Assembly (NCBI RefSeq): GCF_001194135.2
Contig: NC_068997.1
Coordinates: 57,357,551-57,421,550 of the forward strand
Source: Octopus bimaculoides
Lineage: Eukaryota
DNA: 64,000 bases
Reading direction: 5' to 3'
Below, one piece after another: positions 39,590-52,699 of this stretch; within the stretch, counting starts at the first letter, position 1, and each line of letters begins with the position of its first letter. The position numbers and the translations under genes were made by a program. Under the pieces are notes generated by a model that was not told where the DNA came from, ran no database searches, and saw only the letters and a program-made list of their open reading frames with translations.

Positions 39590-39768
39590 TATACCCTCCA
39601 GCCTTCATCAGCTGTCTTGGGGAAATTTCGAACCTGGGTTCTCATTCCTAAGGTATTTTTCAATCTTGTTATTATTATTATTATTATTATTCAGGTTACT
39701 GCCTGGAATTGAACTCGGAATCTTGGTGTTAGTAGCCCGCGCCCTTAACCACTACGCCATATGCCCGT
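39590..39768 (-). mobile_element. tRNA-derived SINE copy with well-preserved Pol III boxes
   Basis: Minus strand gggcatatggcgtagtggttaagggcgcgggctactaacaccaagattccgagttcaattccaggc: A box tggcgtagtgg, B box gagttcaattcc. No matching 3' acceptor stem; continues into (AAT)n. Confidence 0.75.
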
Positions 39769-42700
39769 CAAAAATCCGAGAAATGTAAATAGTGTAAATA
39801 AAGTACATAATTTCTCATCTCTTAAATATAGAACTGTACATCATTGATATTCACCGTATTAATTTCTACTTTAACAATAATGTTGCTATTGTTTCTCCAT
39901 GTTGATGGCGTATCTCAACAATTATCTAAAATGTTTAATCTAAATACAGTAAAATGTACGACCTCCAACACAATATTTTTCATTTAAGAATTTGTTCTGT
40001 CATCACTACTTTTGCAGCTACGGGAATATCTAAGAGAAACATGGCCTATCCGTAATAAAGATAGAAACACGTCGACAGGTGCTTCCCATTTTTACCGTAA
40101 TCATTAACATAATAATATTAATTGAGTTAATGAATCTTTTCCTGTTCGATTAATTAGTTCTAATTATAATATTACTCCTCAGTACATTGGGTGTTTAAAC
40201 ACTGACTTGAATATATTTAGTTAACATTATTAGTTAACCTCTGGTTAGAGGCAAATAATTACAGCTAGCAGCAGAGGAAAACAATGGTGTAGAGAAACCG
40301 TAGAGAAATGAGGGGAAGCCGGAGTGTATTTGAGAGAAATTTTAGATAATTATAAGACAGGAAGAAGCATGGTGAATTATTGAGATTGGTTAACGGACCA
40401 ACACTATTAATTTCATTGAATTCTTCAAGTAATGATATGAGCCTCTTGGAAATTGCCATCTCGTCATATCACTATTACTACTACTACTACTACTACTACT
40501 ACTACATAACAAATTAGTACGTTAAACGGAGTTTGCTAGCTATTGTAGACTTGGCTATTTGCCATATTGTGATCTCCAGCCACAGTCATTCCGTCTGACA
40601 CAGAAACGCTGGCCAGAAGAGATAAATCAAAGTGATTTAATTGCGTCATGTTTTCCGCCAAGTATTGAAAAGGAAATATAACTCAATTAACTGAAAGGAA
40701 ATAACTTCGTTATTGCTTATTATTTTAATTAAATAGTCAACGGTGATTTGGAAGATTATCTGCCAAATATCTGGAAAGTTTGCTCCAAAAGATTATGTCT
40801 AGCGACAGATGTTGTCTCCTTACACCTCAAGTCCATCGTGATAGGTAATACAGCGTTAAAATGGAAGATTTGTCATCAGACAAGAAGAAAACAGCTTAAC
40901 AGTTTTATAAACGAATATTATTAGGAAGAATCGCAAGTATTGTGTCAGCCAAACAACCTGTACATTAAGAATAATAATACAAAAATCCACACAGGTATGT
41001 ATGCAAGGGTATATATACATGCATACATATGAGGGTATACATACAAACATACACACGTACATGCATATATTCATATATATAACATATATAACGGAAAGGG
41101 CAGGAAATAACAGATACGAATTGAAATCTCTGAACAAGGGTCACCATGACGTGATTACAATACTAGCACCCTTGACAGGAACTAAACAAGCTTCAAACAT
41201 ATTGGATTGACACATCCACATTAGGGCAAACTAACGCTTAAAACGTATACTGATTACTAACATCTACTATTAATTAAATGACTTCCTAGGTTGTGAGCAC
41301 GTGGGATAGTCAGTGTTAGGTGTACCAAGAAGCCTTCGTCGGGGAATGAATACTGGCAGTTGTGTGTCTCTGATCCTCTCCCAAATTACTTACGCAGCTG
41401 GGTACTTCTTTAAGATACCATGGTTTACCTGACAACATGTCAGTTAATACCTGACCCAAGTCAAATACCATCCTCTCTGTAATGGCAACCAAGTACCTCT
41501 TTTCTTGCTTGAAGTTTCACTCACTCCGGCACTCCCCCCCTCTCTCTCTCTCTCTCTCTCCGCCCAGTCGATTATCAGTGTTATGAAATGTTTCATTGCG
41601 TCCGTCCTTTCGGTACTTGGCATGCATTTAACAATACATATGCTGGCTATACATGTATATTTAAATGTGTATTTCCATATGATTTATACATCGCGTTATA
41701 TAAATACACACACACAAACACATGCATATATGTGTATGTATACATACTTACAGACAGATAGATAGATAGATAGCTAGATAGATAGATAGAGAGGGCGATC
41801 GAGGGATAGAGTGACAGGTCAATCTATTGGTTGATAGGAAGCTACCTTTTACAAAATGTAATATTCTATTCACGTAAATTTACTGCCCTAAACTGTGTTT
41901 AGTTGAGAGTAAATCTTGAAGCTCTGGCAGTAAATATAGGTACACAAAAGTTCAAGACCTCAGGATGTTTTCCTCTTCAATTTTGTTTAATTTGTCGCAA
42001 GTGAAATATATAATATTTGCTATTGCCACAAAAGCCGATATATCTAATTTAATAAATTCCAATAATATTTTCCAATAAATATGAGAGGAAAAAAATGTTT
42101 TGTTATAGAATTTTTCTATGATAATATTTCATTTTCTATTGCCTTTTCAAAGTAGAAATTTCCTGCAGAATAAGTTTTGTTCCCAACTTAAACAGTAATG
42201 GCAAATGAGACGATTTAGATACCGAAGTAGCATGAATGGGGAGTCTGCGATAGACTGTGGTTACTAAAACAAATAATGAGCTAAATATATTATAAAGTTG
42301 AACTTCAACCTACATATAGAAGCGGAGCAAGTGAAAATATTCCGTGACAATCACAATTATTAAACTGTTGCTACAATATCGTCTCTTAGTCTTTATAAAT
42401 AGATTTGTTTTTCTCCGTTTAGAAATAATACTTCATGAAAAAATTATACTACATAAGAACATAAGTATAATGGTGGAGGTTTCGTGAGAAGATGGGCACA
42501 TCTTTCTTTAGTGCGTTTTAAATGTCCAAATGGTTAGGGAGTTATCTCCTTTGGGAACCAAACATTGTAACACATGAACTCATTGATACTGGCCGGAGGC
42601 ACTGATACCTGCAGGAGATTTAATGAAGACGTGATCTAAATTAATTCAAGTTTAATAATGAATGATGTAAATGAAGTGCAATAGCCTTAGCTTAGAAATC

Positions 42701-43039
42701 GTAATCATTTCATTTTTGCACTTTCGACAAACGTTGACAAATTCCAGATAAATATTGATCTGTTTGTCTCAGAAATATGCTTAGATTTCGTGAAGCGAAT
42801 TCTACCTTGAGATGATTAAATCAACCGGAATGGGTTGCAAGGTGAAAAAGCTGAATTTAGACCAATAGCTAAAAGAAAAAAAAAAAAAAGTAAAAGGATT
42901 TACATTTAGCGACCCCATTTCTGCCAAATGATCGACTTAGTAATAAAAAAGTTCATAATATTTAATATAAGATAATATTTCAAGTTGAAATTATACTCAA
43001 CGGCTAAAACAAGAACAAAATACTGATTTCAAGACTTGG

Positions 43040-43495
43040 TTCGGGGGAGGGGCAAGTCGATTATATCGACCCCATTGCTCAACTGGTACTAATTTTATTG
43101 AATCCGAAAGTTTGAAAGACAAAACCGAGACCGGTTTTGGCAGAAGGTCAGCAATTCAGTGATGGTGGTCAGTCGATTATATAGACACCACTACTCAATT
43201 GGTGCCTATCTTATCGAACCCGAAAGGATGAACGACCAAATCGACCTTGGAGGAATTTGAACTAAGAAAGTGAAGAAAGACGAAATGCTGCTAAGCATTT
43301 TGTCCAGTGTGCTAAGGATTCTTTTCTAGGCATAAGGCCCGAAATTTTGGAGGAGTGGGCCAGTCGATTATCTCGAACCCCAGTACGCAGTTGGTACTTA
43401 ATTTATCGACCCCAAAAGTATGAAAGGCAGAGTCGACCTCGGTAGAATTAGAACTCAGAACGTAAAGACAGATGAAATACCGCTAAGCTTTGCAC
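43040..43495 (-). mobile_element. Stack of three same-orientation SINE family A fragments
   Basis: The motif agtcgatta.atcga.ccc...tatcgacccc.aaag occurs three times (about 43055, 43170, 43362). Each unit lacks part of its head. Confidence 0.8.
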
Positions 43496-44834
43496 TTTGG
43501 ACGATAAATGATAAAACCGTTGAAAATATGGATATTGCAAGAAGAAATGTTGCCTATCTATCTATCTATCTATCTATCTATCTGTCTCCCTCTCTCTCAC
43601 ACACACTCTCTCTCCCTCTGTCTGTCCCTCTTTCAGTAAATACCTGTGGATGTCACTATTACTTTTCTACAGTTGAAGGGAGAGGTAGAAAGAAAAATAA
43701 ACAGTGTTAAGTAGAGGAGGTATACTTGAAGTGAGGGGTAAAGCGAGAGAGAGAGGAGGGAAAGAGAGGGAGTCAGTGAGAGAGAGAGAGAGTAAGAGAG
43801 GAGACAGAAAGAAAGGTGGCGTTTGTTTTGTTTTCTTCTATATTTTTAGTGTCTATCCTACTGATAACGGAATCTACTCTCCTAATCATTTCTAGCAGCT
43901 TCCTTCTTTTAATGCTGGCAAACTTTTTCTCGCTTCTTTACTCATTACTTTCTGCAACTCATCTAAAATATTACGATGTTCCTCACTTAGTCACTGGTGC
44001 TCATCACTGTTTGTCATCCTGCGCAAAGAAATACTACTCTGCAATGTATCAATTTAGAGCCTCAGAGTTCACATAAACTATCAGGACAAAGTAGTAACCC
44101 GATATTCTGTCCTCAAATAGCACCAGTCACTTATAGTTCTTTTCTCTTTACTAATTACTCATCACCCGCATTCATTTTACCAAAGTGAACTGTGATAGCA
44201 TTTGTGAGAACTCCCGGTTTACTTTAGATAGCAAACGGATAATTTAATAGTGATAAGTAAATTTAGGAATTTGTTATTCAACTGCACACTCCCACGCATC
44301 GAATAGACATCTCTACTTACAGCTAACAGCTAATTAAATCAGTCAACTTCTCTCAACACACAACTTCCAAACAATAAGCTACACAATTGCAACCAGACGA
44401 AACATTAAATACAAAATCAAATATTCTAGGAATTTAATTTGAATATTTCCTGTATATTATTTTAGCTCAACATTTTTATTGGACTTCAATATTCATCCCC
44501 ACTTCCTTTCTTAGTATTTGTCATGTATTTCAGTTATTATATTTTAAGCATTTCAAAAAGTGAGAGATATTGAAGGACTAAATAATGAATAAAAAGGATA
44601 AATATAGATAAGAGGAGAGAGAGAGAGAGTGTGAGAGAGAGAGTGAGAGAGATAGAGAGAGGAAGTTGTTGTGAAATGCGAAGTGTTATAAATTTAGTGG
44701 ATAAATATCGAGTTAAGTTGGAAGTNNNNNNNNNNNNNNNNNNNNNNNNNNNNNNNNNNNNNNNNNNNNNNNNNNNNNNNNNNNNNNNNNNNNNNNNNNN
44801 NNNNNNNNNNNNNNNNNATATATATATATATATA

Positions 44835-46080
44835 TACGAGGTGGTAGTTTTGTGGCACGCCAACAGATGGCAAAACACAGTTGCGTGTGTAGTGAGAGCT
44901 AGCAGTGACTTTTATGAGCCAGTCTGCCGAATGTCATCGCTGTGTTTACTTCGCAAGTTGTGAAATTTGTGTTTGTTTTTTTTTTTATCACGTGTATGGT
45001 GTAGACTACGATTTTGTCAGGGACAAGAAGCTGGAACAAAAGGCTTTTGAGTTAAACTTTGGGAATCTGCATAGAGATATTTAATATGCTTTGACAAGCT
45101 CACGGCGATGAGGCAATGGGTCGTACGGAATGTTTCGAATGGCACAGGCGCTTCAAAAGAGGAAGAAAGTCCCTGGAAGATAATAAACAATCTGGAAGAT
45201 CTGTGAGGAGCGTTACCCCCAGAAATGCGGAGAAAGGTCATCAGCTTGTGCATGAGGATCATCGGAGGACAATCAATGACATTGCTGATGTTGTTGGTCA
45301 GTCTGTCGTATGGGTCCGTGTAGGCAATCCTAAAGTCTGAATTGAACATGCAGCGAGTCTCTGCTATGTTTGTCCCCCGCCTTCTGACCACTGAGCAGAA
45401 AAAAACATCGCATCGAAGTTTGTCAAGGTCTCCGTCAACGTGCCGCTGATAATTCATCCTTCATGTGAGGATAATCACTGGTGACGAGAGTTGGGTCTAC
45501 GAGTCCGACCCTGAGATAAAGCAGCAGTCATGACAACGGAACAACCCTTCATCTCCACGACTGTATAAGTCACGACAGAGCTGTAGCACAGTGAAGAGAA
45601 TTTTTAATCGACATCTGTATCGTTGTGCGTCGAGAATTCGGTCCTTCGGGGCTAGGCCGTCAATTTCGAGTTCTACTGCGATGTTTTGAAGCGGTTGAGA
45701 CCAAAAATTCGGTGAAAGCGACCAGATTGGTGGAGACCGAAGAATTGGATTCTTTATGACGACAATGCACCCTGTCGCCAAAAAACAACATGATATTTCT
45801 TCTGCGCTCGGCTTATTCACCAGATTAAGCATTAGTGGACTTCCGTATCTTCCCCAAAATGAAAATGCAGCTCAAACGTCGCTGTTTTCACATCGTTTTC
45901 GAGATCAAGAGCGAATCGCTTATGGTCCTCGACTCACTTACGAGAAAATACTTCCAGGCCGGATTCCGAAAGTGGCAGTAACGCTGGGACAGTCGTAATG
46001 CTGTGGACGGCGACTAATTCGAAGGTGGTAATGTTAAAAATATGTTATTATTTTTTTTTATAAAACATAACTAGTCCAGT
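44835..46080 (+). mobile_element. Mariner (DD34D-type) DNA transposon, decayed; transposase pseudogene
   Basis: TA-CGAGG left end at 44835. Translation: AMGRTECFEWHRRFKRGRKSLED..SGR (HTH), MFVPRLLT (WVPREL equivalent), IITGDESWVY (D1 at 45483), DNAP (D2 at 45761), C-terminal KWQ.RW...DGD.FEG. Stops and frameshifts throughout; the YSPDL/D3 segment is deleted. Confidence 0.92.
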
Positions 46081-46084
46081 TTCT

Positions 46085-46222
46085 TCCGTCTTTTCATTGT
46101 GAGTTCAAATTCCGCCGAGGTCGACTTTGCATTTCATCATCTCGTCGTCGATAAAATAAGTACTAGTTGATTACTGGGGTCAACAGACGAAATTCCTAGT
46201 TTTGTGACAAAATTTGAAACCA
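46085..46222 (+). mobile_element. SINE family A fragment at the mariner right end
   Basis: gagttcaaattccgccgaggtcgactttgcatttcatcat...ttttgtgacaaaatttgaaacc. Confidence 0.75.
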
Positions 46223-49126
46223 GTACTGTTTGCCAGAGCTACAAGCTTCTGTCTTTGTTTTAATTTATATCAGAATTGATGAACCACAGCGCTGTTAACT
46301 TCCAACAGTTTAATCACAGTTCAAACTGTGACCAGCGCTTCTTTTATTTTCTCGGATGTAGTCCATGTAAAATTACATTTTCAAATTTCACTTTGACTGT
46401 TTAAAATATGTTTGATGCGATCAAATAGAGACTTGTTTGTCTATCTCTAGCAGGTCAAGTGACCACAACCAGGCTCTCTTATTGTCTTGATAACCTACAA
46501 AGTAATCAATAATGTATGTTTCTTCTTTGTCAATAAATTTACTGGGTTGAGGTTACATCGATAAATCTCCTAAGTAATTACTCTTGTCTTAGTAAATGCT
46601 GACAAGACGTATTAATGTCACTGAAATAACTATGCAATAACTACGACGTAAAGGGTGAAAAGATGCTGTAAGTCGCCCTCCTGGGATAACCACCTCGTGA
46701 CTTGCTGAACGTCGTCGACATAATTATGAAGTAACCATCCCCAAAAAGTTGACAAGAGTTACCGAGGTCGATATATCGTCAGGAAATGTGAAAACTTTCA
46801 AAATAAGTATGAGGATATCATAATATAAATGGTGTTTAACATAAACTTAAACATTCGGGAAGTTCTGTGTGTCCAATCGGTGAAAGAAAGACACGATATC
46901 AAACGAACTTTGAAGAACAAAAGTACATACTCGTGATGTAAACTTTAACAAAAACTAAGTTAAAGATGAGTTCGAGTAACGCTTCGAGTGTATTCCTATA
47001 CGCCGAGAAAGGATAACGGATCAAGAATGGAAGAAATAGATGAGCAAATAAATTTCTGGTCAGCAAATTGAAATATGTCCAAGTTGAATGTAATTAGAAT
47101 AGTTGATTGGAAATTTGAGACAACAATAAATTGAAGAAAGATTTTAAAAATCAATAGTTTAGTACATTCATGTTAGAGTCATTTATTTCCACAAGTGTTG
47201 CACAGATGATATGATCAAGTCACATGACAATCGCTTGATCGATAACCCTCGATGTTGCGGTAGTTCTAATGTAGCCTTTGCTCATCTCTGATCGAACAGA
47301 GTTAGGGTCACAAGGATGATTCCAGCCACTATGCACCTAGAAGTACATTATAAATGTATATTTTGTTTTTAAGATGATGAGATGGAATTCAAGGGTCTTG
47401 TCATCGCTGTTCCTTATAAAAGGGGTAACCAAATAAGGGATCACGTATAAGGTCATCTACCTAGTTGTCATTGAGATCCATGTGGAATATAGTTTGGTGC
47501 TGTAAGCAGCAGGAGCACTGCAAGGTCAGTCAATGTTTAACTGATTAATATGGACATAACTACATCAGGAACTTAATTGAAATCAATAAGACTAATTAAC
47601 TATTGATGAATGGACTTTGATATAGAAAATTACAAGCAATTAAATCTATTATTGAATGGAAAAGAAATTGATATCGATTTGTTTGTTATTTAAATATGAT
47701 CTAAGATGTTTGGCAAAATCCAATATTGATTGGAATTATGACATTCATAATTTAACAGCATTACATCGTCACTGGCTCTCTTTAGCGGTATCCACTACGT
47801 TGGAAGGGTTTCGACCATCTTTACCCGTGTCAGGAAAACTTCCAGCGCTGTTCTTTTTGTTTCTGATTTGATTGTCTTCGAAAAGTAATATTCAGCTGCT
47901 ATGTAAGTGAACCATGATAAAAAAAAAACTATGAGTATTGATATTTAAGTAAAATCACTAGAGGTACCTGTGGCGTGTCTGAGAGTTGGTATCTGTAAGG
48001 AATCACCTGGATTTCTACACGAATATATGAAGAGTTGAAGCAACCACGTATACTTTAGAATAATGAAAGCAATGTGATGGAGAATTCTAGTCAAAATATT
48101 CCAAATGAAAACTTGCTTGGATTTAAACATTATTTAGATCAGTTTGTGTTGTTCCATTTAAAGTTTTGATATTATTAACTTACGCTGCCTACAACTATAA
48201 TCCTAATCCTAATTATATCAGGGAGTTTGGGTCATCCTGCTGATACCACTGAATCCTTTCTTTTTCTCGGGATTAGAAAATCAAGAAACCTCACTTTAAG
48301 AATAATCTTGTTTACTAATTCATGTTTACCTTAGTTTCTTTTGGCAATTTCAACATCTTGGAGGGTTGTAATCCACGAATTAACAACTTCGCTAAAGCGA
48401 TAAATGAATCACTATCTTTATGTGTACAGATATGTAAGCAAACTCGCGAACATACATACACACACACACATATATATACACACACACGTAGAATATCTAA
48501 TGGATTAATGTTTGTTCAGTGTTTGGTCTCTCTCTCTCTCTCTCCCCACGTTCTTACACAATATCACTTGTTTCGACGACATCCTAATATTCAAGATTAA
48601 GGCTCGTTAAAGATATTTTGGTTTAAGCTATCTTGACTCATGATACCGGCATATTATAGTATTAATGCCAATAGCAGATAACATTACATTAGAAGGGCGC
48701 CATAGGTCAAGTATAAACAGAAAATCCAAATACAACTTAAATGAAATTAGCTGTCGATTTACTTTATTTGAAATCTTAGTTGCGGGAGAATAAATTAGGT
48801 GCAACAAAGTGACATGTGTCTAGTTACAGGTAACAGAATTGCTTGGAGTGCAGTAAAAATATGAAACAATAACGATACTGTATTAGTATTATTATTATTG
48901 TTAGTAGTAGTAGTTGTTGTGATAATGATAGTAACGACATCAACAACAATAATAATAGTTTAAAATTTTTAACACAAGGCCAGTAATTTTAAGAGTGGGG
49001 GAAAGGCGATTACATCGATCCAAATGTTCAACTGGTACCCATTTCATTTACACTACGTGCCATTACTGTGAACGGAAATAACAACAACAACAATAATAGT
49101 AATAATGATAATGGCTACTCTACCGT

Positions 49127-49520
49127 AAGTATGGATATGAGGTTACGGGTGTTTAGTACCAACATACATCGGTAAAAGTAATGGACGAAAAGGCGAAAGC
49201 AAAAATCCTCTGGGAGTTTCACTTCCAGATAGACAAGGTATTATAGGACCAAAGGCCGGATATAGTAACTTTTAGGGGAGGCAAACAAGAGGGCCTCATA
49301 ATTGACGTGGCAGTGGCAGGAGATCAACTTATCATCAGTTACTAAGTCGAAGGAAACAGGTTGCTGGAAAGCCTTAAGAAGTGAAAACCTTGCAGACACA
49401 TACGAGATATGGCGAAATATGGAGAAAATTCCGTATCAAAGAGATAACATCAGAACCATGACCAACAACTACAGGGTATGGTAGTAACTATATCTGGGTA
49501 CCGATACATATTAATGTTTT
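49127..49520 (+). mobile_element. R4/Dong-like RLE LINE endonuclease fragment
   Basis: KYGYEVTGV*YQHTSVKVMDEKAKAKILWEFHFQIDKVL*DQRPDIV...LIIDVAVAGD: the RPD...IIDVA PD-(D/E)xK core of RLE. Stops present. Confidence 0.8.
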
Positions 49521-51075
49521 ACGTTATTGTATGTTTATTTTCCTTATTTTTTCTTATTTTTCTTAATTACTCTCTGTTTGTATCTATAACTTCGCAACGA
49601 AATCTGTCCCTCACCACACCTCACCCAACGACTTAAACCTACGGTCACTAACAACATGCTGTATTAAATCCGCGGGAAATAGTTTGTTTAACGAGATAGC
49701 CATTATCATATTACCTGACGCGATGCTTCCGCACCGAGGGATGCACCAGAACTGGTTGCATAGCTTCCCACCCGCGATAATAGCTGAAGTAGGTTCATTA
49801 TACACTCATTATATGCATTCCATATAACAATTTATTGCAAGTTCAAAATTCTGCATCTCAACACGTGGTTCCTGGTTCACGACACATATGCAAAATAGAA
49901 AACTTAATATAACAGGCGTATTTCCCTTTCATTGTCTGAACTTTCTGAAAAGGGGCATTTTGCCTAAAATATGAACAGTAATTATATGCTCCCAGGGTGA
50001 AATTATGTTCTCCTGATTATTGCTATTAATGATATTTTCATGTTCAATAAGTATTTCTATAGCCTTCTATAGCACATTAATTCTCTGTACATACATTGAC
50101 ACACACATACACACATATATGCACACTTGCGCATGCACATACACACACAAACTCCGAATCACTGTAAATAGAGTTGTCATACATATTAGCAAGAAGGCAG
50201 ATTTCTACAATCACACATAGCAATTAATAAGTGTGACTGTAATGTCTGAAATAAATTATCAATGCATATATGAATGTGTATATATGATATGAATGTGTAT
50301 ATATGAATGTGTATATATTTATACATACACACCAGACACTTACACACACACACCCACTAAGACATTCATACATATTATGTATTTGTATGTGCATTACGTG
50401 TTTTGTAATCGTGTGTAGGAAATAAATATCCTTAAGAAAACACAAACAAAACAAGACTATTGGAAATATATTAGAATTTTATTCAATGAATATTTTATTT
50501 CCTAGCAATTATTTTCTGTTAATTTCTTGCAAATATCAAATATATTTCCTCCATCTTCTTTAATATTGCTCTAGTTTGAATATTTCTGTCGAATTAATGC
50601 GCTAATTATGAATTTATATATTCCTATATCAGTACTGTTTCATTATGCATACAATACGTTCATAATAACGATTCATTTGCATCCCTTCCGTAATTTCAAC
50701 TCGAGAAATGTATCTGATAGTGTGGCGGAGGAGCGGTGGTTTATATTAGTTGGAAAATTGATAGATTTCCTTGTAGGCATTATTTCTGTTATCTTTCGTA
50801 CATTTGATTTGTTTCACGTGTTTGATGACCTGATTAGTGTCAATTATTCTTTAAAATATTTGCTAAACAACGGGTAGAAATAGTCTGATCTATTTTACAA
50901 AACATGAAAACAGGTTTAAACAGATAATCTATAGTTTGGGCAGCAAGCGATCTGGTTGGATAATCAATATCGTAAAGATGTGAAGTAAATAATGTGTAGA
51001 TCACCGTTACACCACGTAAAAAGCGTATTGCAAGCACATTTATCTTATATATAGAAACATATATATATATATATA

Positions 51076-52699
51076 TTTATTTATTTAATTATGTGTTTCA
51101 GCCAAGTGGCTGCGGTCATGCTGGTGCATCACCGTGATTTTCACGTTCCTTGCATGGCTCTTCTCCCCCACCTGACATGGTCCAATCAAGAGTTTTGATG
51201 GCACATCTGGTGTATAAGAGAATTTGACACAGCTGCCCTAAACTGCGTCTCATTACGAGCCATTGGTTCGTCTGGTATCGTGGAGAGGAAAGCGTCAAGT
51301 TTTGTCTTGAAGACCTCCGCATCCATGTCTTGCATGTCTCTCAAATGTTTTGGCAGGGCATTGAAGAGCTGAGGTCNNNNNNNNNNNNNNNNNNNNNNNN
51401 NNNNNNNNNNNNNNNNNNNNNNNNNNNNNNNNNNNNNNNNNNNNNNNNNNNNNNNNNNNNNNNNNNNNNNNNNNNNNNNNNNNNNNNNNNNNNNNNNNNN
51501 NNNNNNNNNNNNNNNNNNNNNNNNNNNNNNNNNNNNNNNNNNNNNNNNNNNNNNNNNNNNNNNNNNNNNNNNNNNNNNNNNNNNNNNNNNNNNNNNNNNN
51601 NNNNNNNNNNNNNNNNNNNNNNNNNNNNNNNNNNNNNNNNNNNNNNNNNNNNNNNNNNNNNNNNNNNNNNNNNNNNNNNNNNNNNNNNNNNNNNNNNNNN
51701 NNNNNNNNNNNNNNNNNNNNNNNNNNNNNNNNNNNNNNNNNNNNNNNNNNNNNNNNNNNNNNNNNNNNNNNNNNNNNNNNNNNNNNNNNNNNNNNNNNNN
51801 NNNNNNNNNNNNNNNNNNNNNNNNNNNNNNNNNNNNNNNNNNNNNNNNNNNNNNNNNNNNNNNNNNNNNNNNNNNNNNNNNNNNNNNNNNNNNNNNNNNN
51901 NNNNNNNNNNNNNNNNNNNNNNNNNNNNNNNNNNNNNNNNNNNNNNNNNNNNNNNNNNNNNNNNNNNNNNNNNNNNNNNNNNNNNNNNNNNNNNNNNNNN
52001 NNNNNNNNNNNNNNNNNNNNNNNNNNNNNNNNNNNNNNNNNNNNNNNNNNNNNNNNNNNNNNNNNNNNNNNNNNNNNNNNNNNNNNNNNNNNNNNNNNNN
52101 NNNNNNNNNNNNNNNNNNNNNNNNNNNNNNNNNNNNNNNNNNNNNNNNNNNNNNNNNNNNNNNNNNNNNNNNNNNNNNNNNNNNNNNNNNNNNNNNNNNN
52201 NNNNNNNNNNNNNNNNNNNNNNNNNNNNNNNNNNNNNNNNNNNNNNNNNNNNNNNNNNNNNNNNNNNNNNNNNNNNNNNNNNNNNNNNNNNNNNNNNNNN
52301 NNNNNNNNNNNNNNNNNNNNNNNNNNNNNNNNNNNNNNNNNNNNNNNNNNNNNNNCTGCAACTGTCTGACTTCTACCATTCAGGAAGTCATGCAGCCACT
52401 CTCCTAATTTACCAGCTATGCCAAGGTTTCGCAGCTTGTGACATATCAAGCCATGATCAACTTTGTCAAAGGCTTTTGCAAAGTCGAGATATATCACATC
52501 AACATTTGAATGGTCAAGTAGCTGCTTCAGGACCCAGTCATAATGCTGCAAGAGCTGCGTGAGGCAGCTTCTACCTGGACGGAAACCATGCTGGGTCTCA
52601 TTCAGCAAGTCATTTTCTTCTAGGAACGCAATCAATCTCCTTCTGACAATTCGTTCCATGACTTTGCTAATATGTGAAGTCAGAGAGATGGGCCTGTAG
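51076..52699 (-). mobile_element. CR1-type LINE, 5'-truncated, well preserved (RT and C-terminus; centre is an assembly gap)
   Basis: YRPISLTSHISKVMERIVRRRL...QHGFRPGRSCLTQLL...DVIYLDFAKAFDKVDH...FLNGRSQTV, gap 51377-52355, then PQLFNALPKHLRD...FKTKLDAFLSTIPDEP...SNSLIHQ*. Short 3' UTR and (TAAA)n tail. No stops in the sequenced coding parts. Confidence 0.95.
51377..52355. other. Assembly gap inside the CR1-type LINE
   Basis: N run. Its size is roughly what the missing RT portion would need, but the exact length is only an estimate. Confidence 0.99.

Noticed and set aside
39700-39768. tRNA-like sequence (also at 4297, 22690 and 24648)
   Set aside because: No complete cloverleaf or acceptor stem, and each continues into a SINE body, so they are annotated as SINE heads.
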